From NCBI GenBank assembly GCA_001643675.2, contig LSRY02000008.1, positions 558,001 through 622,000 on the forward strand: a stretch of DNA of 64,000 nucleotides, given 5' to 3'. The translations under genes were made by a program, and so were the position numbers. Each line of letters begins with the position of its first letter. Positions within the stretch are counted from its first letter, which is position 1. Positions 12,565-25,139 of the stretch are shown here, piece by piece. The stretch is from Monocercomonoides exilis PA203. Lineage: Eukaryota; Protista; Preaxostyla. The notes under the pieces are model-generated. The model was not told the origin of the DNA. It worked only from the letters and a program-made list of their open reading frames with translations, and made no database searches.

Positions 12565-13644
12565 TTGAGGGGCAGTCGCGTACGTAGTCAGATGAAGAGA
12601 TGGGACGAAGAAGAAAGCATCGAGAGCGATTCCGGAAGAACAGAAAAGCGGGAAGAAGAGCAGGGAAGATCGGAAGACTTTTTGGGAATTTTCTCAGAAG
12701 AATGGCTGACGCCCAGGAGACAGGTAGGTGAACTTAAAAGATTTATGGAGTTTTGCAAGGCAGGATCGATCAGAATAAACGATGATATCTTAAACACGTT
12801 TATTCCAGAGACGGAAAAGAGTTTCTTCACTCGACACACTGATGCGAGTTGGAACGCTTTAGCGGCGACTGGGGTCACTGCTGAAGGAAGGAAGGACTCT
12901 CCAGAAGCTGTCCGGTTCATTGAGCTGCTCCAACATACACTTGAATCGGGGTTTGAAGCTGCCAAGGCGATTGCAGCCATCACAGCATGTGAATTGAGGA
13001 AGACCCACCTAGAGGAAGAAGAGAAAGAGCGGCTGAGGGGACTTTTCTGCTCATACGCCCTGATAGCAGACTGAATCAGCCGGATAAATCTATAAAAAGT
13101 CATACCCCAGTCAAACTGGGAAAGCGCGAAAGGCTTTTTAGAAGGAGGAATGTCTAAGGAAGTGCCGGAGAACCTGAGAAAACTTGTGGAGAGCACTAGC
13201 TTTTTTGCACAGAAGGAGATGCAACAGGATACGGTGCATCTCCCGACTCAACAACAGGTTTCGGGCCCACAACAGCCAGAGGGGGACTTCCGAGAAGATA
13301 CAGTTCGGGAAGGAGCACCCAAGGATTTGTATACAGACAGCTCCAGAGAAGAGGATATGGCAGGAGCTTCACAGATTTCAGGGGAAAGAAGAGAACACCC
13401 CAGTTCCAGGCCCAGTTTGTTCCAACCATCGTGGGGAGGCCAGCCCATATCATTGGACCATTGCCCCCAGCCCCCTCAAGGACCCAAGGAGGGACAGCTA
13501 TGTGAACAACAATTGGAGCCAACAAATGGTCGCAAGAGTAAGGAGGAAAGGAGGAGAGAGAGTAGAGAGAGAAGAGAGAGCAGCGCTTTACCGCGAGGCC
13601 GAGAGAGGAGAGAGAGCAGAGAGAGGAGAGAGAGTATCAGATTT
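12565..13644 (+). pseudogene. DIRS ORF1 (gag-like) region, disrupted; continues at 29757
   Basis: Purine-rich ORFs inside the left ITR. Frame 13184 (...ERGERVSD) joins in frame to FSEVTTQRE... at 29757 once element A and one ATTT are removed. Confidence 0.6.
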
Positions 13645-13673
13645 GGGTAATTATTTTTGGGATCATACTTTTT
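13645..13673 (+). repeat. Left TIR of element A
   Basis: Reverse complement of 29728-29756 with one mismatch; preceded by TSD ATTT. Confidence 0.92.
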
Positions 13674-16600
13674 TTCGGGGTAAGTTTAAGATTATGAAAA
13701 AACAGTTTTCAAACATCAAAAATGCTTTCAGGCATCATGAATAATATCAGTCATCAACTTTCAAGTCAACAATTATAAAAAAAATAGTATTTTTAATGAT
13801 TATTGTTGGATGACCATTATTAAAAACGTAACTTGTTTGATATTTGTCTTTTTTGATGAAAAACAACTTTTACAGTTCGCACATATTGCATGAATGTTTA
13901 TGATCTATTATGATAATTTTGCGCTATCCAATAGAAATGCAATGATTTCGATTTAGAAAAATTTTATCAAATGTTACTGTTTCGCACAATCGTGAACAAA
14001 AATGAAAAACTTAATCACTTTATTGTTTGTTTCAAATATGCAACAACACTATCCAATATTGTATCAAACTTTGCAATAAATTGAGTGCAAGTTGTTAAAA
14101 ATCTAATCATTTTCTTATTTAACCGAATATTATTGTTGTTTAAAAAGTTTCATTGAATTCCATATATTTCTCGTTTTCATTTTTTTCTTTTCTTCAAAAC
14201 TGGCATTTTATTCTTCACAGTAATTATCGATTCGCAGTTTAAAAATGTTAATAATGTTTTATAAAAATATTATCTGTCTGTGTTTCTAAGTCCAAAAAAA
14301 AAAAAAAAAATGAAACAATATTGAATTTGAGACTCATTTTATCTAATAAATTAATTGCAAACTGTTCTTTTCAAAGCGAGGCATTTTGAGATAATTTTTC
14401 TCCATAAACAGAAAAAAAGTCCTCCTTCGGATTGCATTTCTTTTTCTTTTCTTTTATCTCTCACTCCCTCTTTTTTTCTTCTCCTTCTTTTCTTCAGTGC
14501 CTTCTTTGGCCTTCTCTTCTTTTCAGTCTTTCGCTTCTTTCTCATGTTCCTCTTTTGGCTTTCCTTGCTTATCTTTTTCTTTTCCATCATTTGGGCTAAT
14601 TCCTAAAATTCCTTATCTTTTTGCTCTTCTCTCTTCTCTCTTCCTCATCTCTTCCTTTTATTTTTCTGTTTTCTCTTTCTCTCTCTCTTTTCCAGCCGCT
14701 CCACAAAATTTCCTTGATGCACCTCCAGAAGCATCAATAACGATGATATTGAGTGCAGATCCTGCCAAATCGGTTGTTCAAGCCTCCTTTCTTCTTCCTC
14801 GCTTTCTCTCCCTGCCTCTCTTTCATCCCTTCTTCAATGGTTTCCATGAATCATCACAGAAGGAAGTGATGCATGTGGTGTGCTCATCTGCACCTGGAAA
14901 ATGAATAGTTTTGGTGGCAGAAGGCCAAGAAGTGTTTGTTGAAAATTTTATTGTTTTCTATTTTTGGAGAAAAGAAGGAAGTGAAATTGTATCTTCGCTG
15001 GTAGGGCAGAGGAAGCGAATTTGCGCGATGAGAGCGGCTTGAATAGCTGAAATGTCACTCAGAAGATGAGATAGTGAAATTGTGAATTCTGAAATGAGTC
15101 AAAAAAATTCATGGATGAGAAAGAAGAAGAGGGAGAAGAAAAGTGAAAACAACAAATATTTAAGTTGTTTCATGAAAGCACAAAATTACTAATTAGAAAA
15201 AAAATATATTCTGACCCTTCAGTACAAATATATAAAAAAAAATTACGAAAATCATACAAAACAACTCCAAAAAAATGCTCATATAACCAGCCATACATAT
15301 TTCACATTTCTGTTCATCTGTCTTTGCCACTTCTCCTCTTAAATCCAGTCATAATGAGAAATACGTAACAACTGTAAAGTCAATCAAATTAACAGAAAAC
15401 TTTTGAAGATGTTTGTTTTTGATGACCTCAAATTTGAAGCATCAACAGAAGAAAAAGGAGAAGAAGAAGATATTGGAAATGCCTGAGAAGTTTTACTGTT
15501 CGGGGAGCTCACAAACTGTGGCAGCTTATCGTTCTGAACAAACCCTTTGCTCTACTCGTTCTCCTTCTTCAAAATCCTCTTTTTCTCTTCTATGCGTCTC
15601 CTTAACTCCGATTTCTAATTCAACTTCGCAGTCATCTTTTCGCCTGTCTTTTCTCCTTCATTCACCTTCCTCAGCTCCGCATGAAGTTTTTCCTTTTCCT
15701 GTTCTGTCTGCTCTTTCCTGAACCTCTTCAACTTCCTTGTCACTTTTAATAACTCTCCAGTCCACTTTGCCATCTCCTGTTCCACAAATTTTATAGAATA
15801 GAATCAGGTACTGCTTCATAACGGACACAAGCTCGTCCACGTGGGAGATTATCTCTTGAAAGTTGACAAGTTGAATTTTGTTGACCAAACTGGTTTTTTT
15901 CACTTGGAAGGAAAGAGGTTGCCTTGGCTGCTCATGGATGACATTGCAAATTGAAAAAGTGGATGGAAGCGAGGTTGGATAAGAAACAGGGTTCATTTAT
16001 ATGTCTTGTGGACTGCTTTCACCGTTTGTGACTTCTGAGACACATCTGCAAAAGGATGAGCTGTGATAATAATTTTTGAAGTGTTTGGCTTTTCTGCGTT
16101 CTTTGCTTACTCCTTCTCCTCTCTCTGCATAATCTCTCGTTTGTGCTCCTCAATCATCATTCTTCTCTTTTCTTTGTTGTTCCATGCCAGCTTTTTCATA
16201 TGCTTCTCACAACGCTATTCCTTCCAGAATATCATCGTTAGCGACAACATTGACAACAAGTGAGTCAAATGCAACGTAAGTTTCGCCTTGGTCAGCGTAA
16301 AAATATTGTGCATTAACATAGGTTTATACATATTATGCTTCAGGTTCGTATCAATCTCCTTCTTCTCATGCATCTGATGCTTTTCGGTCTTCAGCTTCTC
16401 CTCTCCATCATCCCCCTACAGCCACAGTTAGAAAACAAGTTTCTTTTTTTCCACTTCTTGTTATGTTTGCTTCCACGAAGCCACTTCGATTGCCTTGTCG
16501 TCTTCTCCTCTTCCGCCATCTTTCCATTCGCTTTGTACCGATTGCAGTGCCATCATCTCATTCGCTGCCTCGTGGTGTTGTAGCGATTTCTGAGTTCTTC

Positions 16601-18050
16601 TTCTTTTCTCTTTCTCTTCCTTTCTCATTCATTATTTCTCCTGAGCAATTTCTCAACGCGTATTGCACTCATCTCACGTTGTTTTTCTCTGTGAATGTCT
16701 TTCCAAACAATCTGACAGAGAAAATTTGAAAATCTTGACGAAAAAGGATTGACGCCTGCACCGTTATCGTATCGCTGATGCTGTAACATAAGATTATTTT
16801 CTTCTTTGGAATAAATAAAAGGAGGAAAATAAAAGGAGGAGGAGAAGAGGGGGAGGAGAGGAGGAAGGAGAAGGAGGAGGAGAAGAAGAAACCAGATTAT
16901 TTGAGAATACAACTAAAGTTAGATCAGATGGAGAAGTAGAAGACATAAAATTTCATTATTGAAGTTGTTATTGGTGATCTTCACAAAGAAGTTGAACACT
17001 ATCACTCGCTAAATTGGAACAAAGTAACTTTCCTTGAAAATATTAATATATAAATAACATTTCTTCTTATCATCAAAAAAAAAATTCAGATCACATATAT
17101 ACAAAGAAAGAAAAATCTTTTTATAATTATTTGTGTAAATGCGCTCAAATAAAAAAACGAAAGAAGGATGAATAAAGCTTAATCAGCTTCGCAATAAATC
17201 AAAGCAATATGATGCAAACAACAAACTCCGTTATAAGATTCCCGCAAATTTTTCTGTGATTTGAACATAACATTCAAAAGCCATGTTTTCAATTGGATGC
17301 TCATCTTTGGACTTTTCTTTGATCTCTGAATATTGTTCTTTTTTTCGGATTCTTTTTTCTCCGTTCCTTTCTTCGTTCATTTTCACTTAATTCCTTATTA
17401 ATAAACTATTTATCTCTGCATTCAAAATCTTCATTGCAACAAAAAGTGAATTCCAAAAAATATTTTGGTCTATATTGAAGTGTAATTCATCATTCAGGCA
17501 ATATTTATGAATCTTTGTTAGTGTTTTTCCGTGCTTCAAAAACGCTTCGCAGGCATTTCAATTTTCTGAAAAGAAAGCGTTACAGCAAATTGTTGAAAAG
17601 CAACAGTTGCATTTATAAATCATTCACTATTGATTTTTTAAACAGAATATTTCATTGTTGCAATGAAAACAAACTTTATGAATTAGCTTTTTGATCAATG
17701 TCAATAGATAAATCATTCTATGATTTGCTTCTCAATTTCAGTTTATACAAATATTATCGTTAATTCAAAGCTAAATCAACGAGAGTTCTGGTTTTTTTTT
17801 CTACGCACTTTAAATTACTAATCCAATCTGCCCTGAAAATGTGTAGAAAACTTGTGAATTATAATTCAATATTAACATAATACATTTCTTGATCTTTTCA
17901 CTGAATAAAAGTTAATTGAAAAATGAATAATTTTAATAGAAAGCAATGTGATACATTAAAATAAAACATCAAATGCCGACATTTGAAAAACAGAAAAAAA
18001 TAAAACTAATGAAAAAAAAGAATTTCAATATTGAAACGAATTTATTAAAT

Positions 18051-18235
18051 GATTGTCTACCCTGGGAGGCTGATTCTGGACCCAAAGCCTTCAAGGGACT
18101 GTGCTGGACCGGTCACAGCACAGTCCCAGGACGGAATCAGCCTAGCCTCATTTATTTCGCTCAAGAGCGAAAATTGAGGTACCAGAAAGCATTTGTTTGA
18201 AGCAAATACTTAATGGCTTGAGCAGCAGACAAATC
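18051..18235 (-). ncRNA. Putative structured RNA or 3' element downstream of the element-A transposase
   Basis: GC-rich island with nested stems: gggactgtgctg 18095-18106 / cagcacagtccc 18116-18127; aggctgattc / gaatcagcct; tttcgctc / gagcgaaa; closing stem ttgtctgc / gtagacaa. Internal mismatches read as G-U on the minus (sense) strand. Shares CAGCCTCCCAGG with 44903-44914. Confidence 0.55.
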
Positions 18236-18303
18236 AAAAAACGTCGTTCGTTTCAATATAAAATTCTAAAAAAACAAAATAACTCATCAATAAGACCAGA
18301 ACT

Positions 18304-21300
18304 TTAAAAACAAATTGTATCCAATTTTTTCCTATCATTTAATAGTTTTCTTGTAGCATTCCCTATTTCAAACATTTCTGTTTTGCGAGAATATTTTTTA
18401 GAGGATTTTATCATCCTTTCATCTCTTATGCTTTTTTCAAGGAAGTTCATTAACTCTTTTCCTCGGGAATCTTGTGGTGAACACACAGATCTGAATATTT
18501 GATTACCTCGTTTCTCATAGAACAAATACGTCTTTATGGACTTCGCTTCAATTTTCCTCCATCGTATTTTATTTCCAGAAGAGTGTCTGAGTTAATAAAG
18601 AAATGAAGAAAATGAAAAAAAAATTTTCATAAATGATTCACACTTGACAAAATATCGTGTTGTCTTTTGATAATTATCCAAGTTGTTTTGGTGGGAATCA
18701 TATAAGTCATCTGTATGGTCTTTTAGAAATTTAATAAGTTCATCAATATTATTAAGAGAAGGTCCATTGGACAAGTTATTTTTTACACAGTTTGTCAGAT
18801 TCCCGAATTCTCCGTCACATTCACTTTTTCCATGTTTTTCACAAAAAAAGGAAAGAGTTGTTCGTTTGCCTTTGACGGGAGAAGAGTTGTCAGAAAGGAG
18901 AAAATGCATAAGCTGGGAATTCCGAAAGTGTGGCCCTGTATCACATACAAAATGAAGAGTTTGCTTGTCTTTAACGATTTCATCTTCCAAAACTTGCTTC
19001 AGACATTCAATGGTGAAACGGTAGTCGTGAGATAGAGCGTTTGAGAAGAAGTTAAAAATGTGCTTTTCTTTGTCTCCTTTCTTGTTAACAATGAAAACAA
19101 TTACACAAAAATGTGTGATTTCCTCTTTTTCGTAATAATCTCGGCTTATTTGATTTTTGCAAATAGGAAGCGTCCAATTTTCTTTAAAGTCGAACAAAAC
19201 CAACGCTTCCGAAAACGAAATGTTCTTTTTGATTTGATGGAAGTGCTGACGTTGATTTGACGCCAGAAAACGGTGTTTTTCAATAAGTCTTATTGTTTGT
19301 TGCTCTTGATCATTCAATGTTTGTGATTTTGTTTTTAGATATTCTTCTTTTTTCTTCAGATGATTGAACATTTCACATAAGTTGCACAAGTCAGTTCGCC
19401 TGGAAGCCCTTTTAAGGTGTTTCGTCTTTTTGTAGAAAGAACTTTTTGACATTTTAATATTCGTGGTTTCCATTAACTTTCTGAATAGCTGCGCTTTTGT
19501 TGAATTGATGATACGAACTTTTTGTTTTTTGATATGTGAATAAGAATTGTTTGGAGAACCATGAAAGAACGGATTATTGACGTTTGCATTTTGTGAATCT
19601 TTATGTCGATAATTGTGAAGGGTTGAAAAGGATCGATTAGGATTTGTTGATCTGTTTTTTGTTTCACTCAATTGGCTGGATGAAATCATTTCTGGAAAGA
19701 GAGATTGTTTTCCATTTGGTTTAGTAGATGCGGTTGAATTATGAGTGAGATGATTATTAATTGTTGTATTATTAGTTTCACAGTCTTTTGAGTTCGTTTG
19801 ATAATTGCAATTAGAAGAAAATTCGTTAGAAAAAGGAAGAAATGAAGTGTCTATTTCAGATGTGATGGAACATTCGGAATGTCGATTTGATAAACCAAAT
19901 AAGGACGATTTTTTGTGGTGATTTTCTGACGAAGAATGGACATAAGTAATTTCATCATCATATATTATTGAAGGTGAAGTGGAATGATGTGGATTTGTCG
20001 TATTAGGATGAAGTGAATAAGAAGGATCTTGTAATAAACCATTACAATTAATGCAAACCGAACGAACATTTGTTTTACTCTGATTCATTGATGAAATATT
20101 ATTCGAAAAAGAACTTCCTTGATGTGATAGTCCCAATTGAAACAAATTTGGTGAAGCAATATCGGAAACAGGAATGCATCCACTATTCTCCTGAGAGTAA
20201 ACAATCAGAAACGGAATTGAACCTTTGTTTATGTGAGAGTTTGTTTCTGTTGTAATTTCATTATTAATGAAGGATATTTCTCCGTCGTAACAAATATACC
20301 AACAATCTTTGCATGATGTACATTTTGGCGATGGGCATCTGCTTCTACACATTGCATAAAAATGTCCACAATCTTTCGATCCTCGATGAAACAGGACTGC
20401 TATCAACCGATAATTGTACATATTTTCTGAATGGAAAGGAAAAGCCTTAATTGTTTCTTCATTCTTTAAAAATGAAATTTGTAATGGAATGTTGTATATT
20501 TTCTTTTGATCAAATTTATCAGATTCAAGAGTGATTGTTAAAATATGAGGGAATTGAAGGATATTCATTATTGAATATTGATCTGTATTTTTCTGACATC
20601 TGAGACAAAAGGCCTCTCTCTTCTTTGTATTTGTTTGACCTGATGAGAATGATTTATTAAATTCCGAAATGACATCTGAACCGTGAAGTCGAACTAATGG
20701 AGTAGATTCACAAATTCCATACTCATATGATCCACATTCACAACATTTTCTTGGAAATGATTGGTTCGTTCTCATTTGGTTTGCTAATGCTGGTGTTATT
20801 GAAATTAGATCCTGGTACATATTAAAAAATGTTTCATAACATTCTTGTTGTTCACACTTTTTCAGTCCATGCCTTTTTTCCCAACATCTCACAAAAGGCA
20901 AGGACCAAGATTGTGGGACATTATTATTGTTAATGTTAACTGAACAATCCAAAAATTGGACAATGTCCAGCAAACGATGCAAATAGTGTGAAATCTTCCC
21001 TTTTCGTGTACAAAATCGTTCTGAGTGCAAATAAATAGAACGGAACACTTGTAGCATTGCAGCGAGATAACAAGTGTTTCCCATGTTTGGTAACGGATAA
21101 TAATTCTTGTTTTCTCTCTGTGTTCCAGTTTGTGCAGAGTGCTGATTATTCTTTGAACAGCATTCGATGATTGAGCTGCAAGAAGAAATCGAGTCTTGAC
21201 TATTCTTTATTGAATTTTCATTGGTTTCGTTGGAATAATGCAGTTCTTCATTTTTTTCAATCTCCATATTTTCTCCATTATTGCTTTGCGATGTTAATTC

Positions 21301-22276
21301 TGATAAATCCAAATTTATTTCCGGTTCGAAACAGCTTTCTTCATCCATTTCACATTGAACGTCCAAAAGTGAAATTTCATCATCTATCTTCATGTGAATG
21401 AATTCATTGTTTTTTGAATTGTTTGATTCTTCTGCTGTCTGCAAATATTCGCTTCTTGTGTTGTTCTCAGTGAAATAATGATAAAGAGGATCTTCATCTT
21501 CTTCCATTTCTTCGCTGCAGTTTATGATTTTGAAATCATCATCTATTTCCATTGAAGATTCTGAAAGTGATAATTCTTCAACACTTTTAATTAAAGAACC
21601 CAATAAGAAGACAAACTGTTATTCTGTTGTGACAACTTACAAATGCATTTCGATGATTCGGTTGAATTTTCATTTATGAAATCAGTGAAAACTTTTTCAT
21701 CTTCTGGGCTCATCTCTATTAAAATGTTAATATATGATAAAGAACAAATTATAGATGAACAGTTTCACATTTTTTTCAATAAAGAATTAGATCAAACTTC
21801 GTTTTGATGGGGGAAGAGCAGCTTTTTTTGGAGTTCGAAAATCAAACGATGTGTACGAGCTATTATCCTTTGCGTGATAATAGCTTCCATGAGAACATTC
21901 AAAACCCAAATCGATCAATTGCGAGAGGGCATATTCCTGGCAAACACATTTTAAAAGCGTCACTTTTGTATGTGGATTTTCTTCTCGATTATATGCAGAC
22001 GCTAATCGCAATATTACATATTGATTTCGATCTTCAGTAGTCAAAAGTTTCAAAGAGTTTGATAAATATAAATACAAAGACGAAAAACAAAAACAAACCG
22101 TTAAATATTTTTTGAATCTGGGGAAATATTTTTTTACCCGTATTTGTATGGAAGAACATGTACTTCAGCATTTCCACACAATCATTTGCAGATTTGTTTG
22201 ATAGATACTCCCAAACATCTCTGCATTTTTCGCTTTTCCTCGAGTTTGATAAAAGAGAAAACTTGATTCGTTCCAT
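18304..22276 (-). CDS. Sola-like DDD transposase with internal USP (peptidase C19) deubiquitinase domain, about 1236 aa. Predicted exons 22276-22099, 22031-21798, 21715-21617, 21560-18644, 18586-18304
   Basis: USP Cys box LPNMGNTCYLAAMLQ, EQQECYE, CxxC pairs, His box GHFYAMC..CYD. Transposase motifs RRTDLCNLCE, FDFKEN, CDTGPHFRN, FFCEKHGKSECDG. The GT-AG introns give one continuous frame; the 21561-21616 intron is the least certain. Confidence 0.85.
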
Positions 22277-25139
22277 GACTCAATAAAAAATAGTTTATTC
22301 TTTGTGATGACAAAGTTCCACAAATGGGATGATCTGCGAAATCATTTATTGTTGATAATTTTAACTTTTAAAAACTAACATCAATGCGTGGAAAATGAAT
22401 AAAGAGCACATGTATTTTTTGAATTGATTGATATTAAACACTTTTCAGATTTCAAGTATTAGATTTTATTTAACGTTTTCACAGAGAATTTTCTTAATTA
22501 TTAGTTTATCCTGACAAATATTCTTTGAACGAAAGGGAAAAAAATATGTTTCTGCAGAACGGAGCTTGCACAAACACAACTTTTGAATGAAACCAGGTTT
22601 GGTTGCTTTAAACGATTTTTATTTAAGGCAATTCAAATTTTGACAATTTCTCCTTTTTATTCACTTTTGTGTCATTTCAATTCGGTAAAAGTGAATTGCA
22701 GAGATTCCAATTAAAAAAGCAACAATTAAAGAAAAAAAAATTAGCGCTTTAAAAAGATGTGTTTTTATTAAACGATGTTCGACAAATAAATCACATGAAT
22801 ATATTTGCTCAATCAATTGCAGAAAATACATCCAATGTTTTCTCATCAATCCACAGTTTTCCGGTGCATTCAAATTCATTTGTCTGCTCCTTTATAATTT
22901 TCGCTCCTTTGAATAAGTGCTTCTTTATACGGCATCTGCAACCAGACATCCTCCAAGTTAAAAATTTCCTTAGGCTTTAGAGAGAATATTCGAAAAACCA
23001 CACAGCACAAATTAATTCATATTTCAAGTTGTCCGCTCTGTGAGATCAATGCTGAATGAGAGATCACTAAACAGATAAGAATGAATATTTGAGGAAGCAA
23101 CGTGCCTGGAAGCAGTTATGCAGATGATAAAAAGCAAGAGATATCAGAACTTGATGAACGACATTATATGACTCCAACGAGTGCAGCTGAAGCAGCAGGG
23201 GAAGAACAATGAGGAAGGAAGAGAAAGAGATTATAGCAGAGAGGGATAAGAGGAAGAAGAGAAAAAAAGGAAATAAAAGAATTGAAGTTATATGCCGAGA
23301 TGAAAAGTCGACCAAAGTTGCTGAACATATTTCAGAATATGTAAGAATTGAAAGTTTTGTCGAGTATTCACAAGAGTAATATGAAAAAGTTTTGATACTG
23401 TCTATTTATCTGTTTTAGAAATGCTTTTAAAGGAAAGTTGAAGAAGATGTGATAATAGAAGAAAATAAAGAAAAAATAGAGAAAAAGAGGAAGAAAAAGA
23501 AGCGATTAAACCGATAAATGAAACAGCAACGCATAAAAAAGTTCGTTCAAATGAAAGTGGTGAACAGCAAAGCCAAAGAGAATGATCGAGAAGATCTGGA
23601 TACATCACAATCCATCAATTTCTCGATATGATAAAAGCATCGACTTTTTCCATTTTAAAACATATGCTTTTATTAATGAAACTTTGGATTCAATACTGTC
23701 GAATTTTTGGTAGTTTTCGCATGAAACAAGCGAAAATACAAGTTATTCTCATTCATCATCATCGTCAACAATTGGCTCATTGCCTTATCATTACTCTTCG
23801 CCAAGCAACATGAATGCACGAAATTCTTCATTCACTTCTTTTTCTCCTTCTCCTTCTCCTCCTTCATCATCATCATCATCTTCTTCTTCTTATCAGCATT
23901 CTTCATCAACCATTTCATTCAACTCACATTTTCCTTCATCAAAATTCATTTTTCTTTCACAATTATCGAAAAAATACTTTTATCTCCTATCATATTGCAA
24001 CCTCATCTTCAAACAAACTTGTTTCTTCCTAAGCCAATAATGCTCAATTGCAGAGCTTCAGCAGATAATTATTTCACAACTCTTCCACAATCACGCTACT
24101 CTTTCATCTTCCATTCGACTATCTTTCATTTCTGAGCTTCAGCTACCTTTCAACTTTCAATCAACAGTCGATCTGTATCAAAATAATCATTCTAGAATGG
24201 TTGCACCAACTTCAAAATATTTATTCAACCTCAAAGGGTTCTGTAAAGCATTGTGTTTACAGTTGGAATTGCTCTCAATTTGTGATTAGAGTTTTGGAGC
24301 AAGAATTTGGTTTATTCTTGTTTACTGATTTTTTTTAATTGTTCTTTTCAAACTTATTGAATTTTTGGACATGTTAAAAATATTAAAATAGTCACAAAAA
24401 AATAAGCTTCAATGTTGATTTATGATCTTTTGGTTGCATTTTAAAAAAAAACTAAAATAACAAATAAACAATTGAAAAGAGATATTCACAAAAGTCACTA
24501 ATTACAAATATGAACGACTAATAAAACAAATGAAATGGCATATGCATGAGTAGTCAATTTGATTGTTTATACTGTACACTTCTCGATAGAACTGAAGAAA
24601 TCTGATATACACTTGCAAACTTAATTGATGTTTACTTAGTCAAATACAAACATTCTGTTATGTCTCCTTTTATTTTGCAATCAATAAAATCGGAATTTTA
24701 TGAATATTTACTATTCAAAGTTCGATATCATACAATCTGCAATGATATTTCAAAAAAAAAGAAAGAAAAAGTAATAGGAAAACACAACGAAGTTTCATCA
24801 TTTTGAAGTGAATGACTTCATCAACTGTTTAAACTTTCTGATGCGAAAATTGAAGAAATCAAAGTGAAGCTTCTTGGTCAACTTTTATAAAATTATCTCA
24901 CATCTCTTACACATTTTTATTTCAGGAAAACAGCACAGCATTATTCTTGTCATTCTATTTTTTTTTTTTTGACTTAGTCTTATTCAACTGAAGCAGAACG
25001 TTGATCTTCTTCTCCATTCAGGAGGCAGAGCAGCGAAGAGAAGAAAGCGGAAGGAGATGACAAGTAATTATCGTCTTCATCTTCGCCTGCAATTAACTCT
25101 TCGTATGTGTCGGCGGTTTCGTCGTCATTCACGTCTGTA

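Noticed and set aside
22383-22870. Weak inverted similarity (atgtatttt..aattgattga) upstream of the element-A transposase
   Set aside because: Short, gapped and AT-rich; it cannot be distinguished from chance by eye and does not bracket the gene.
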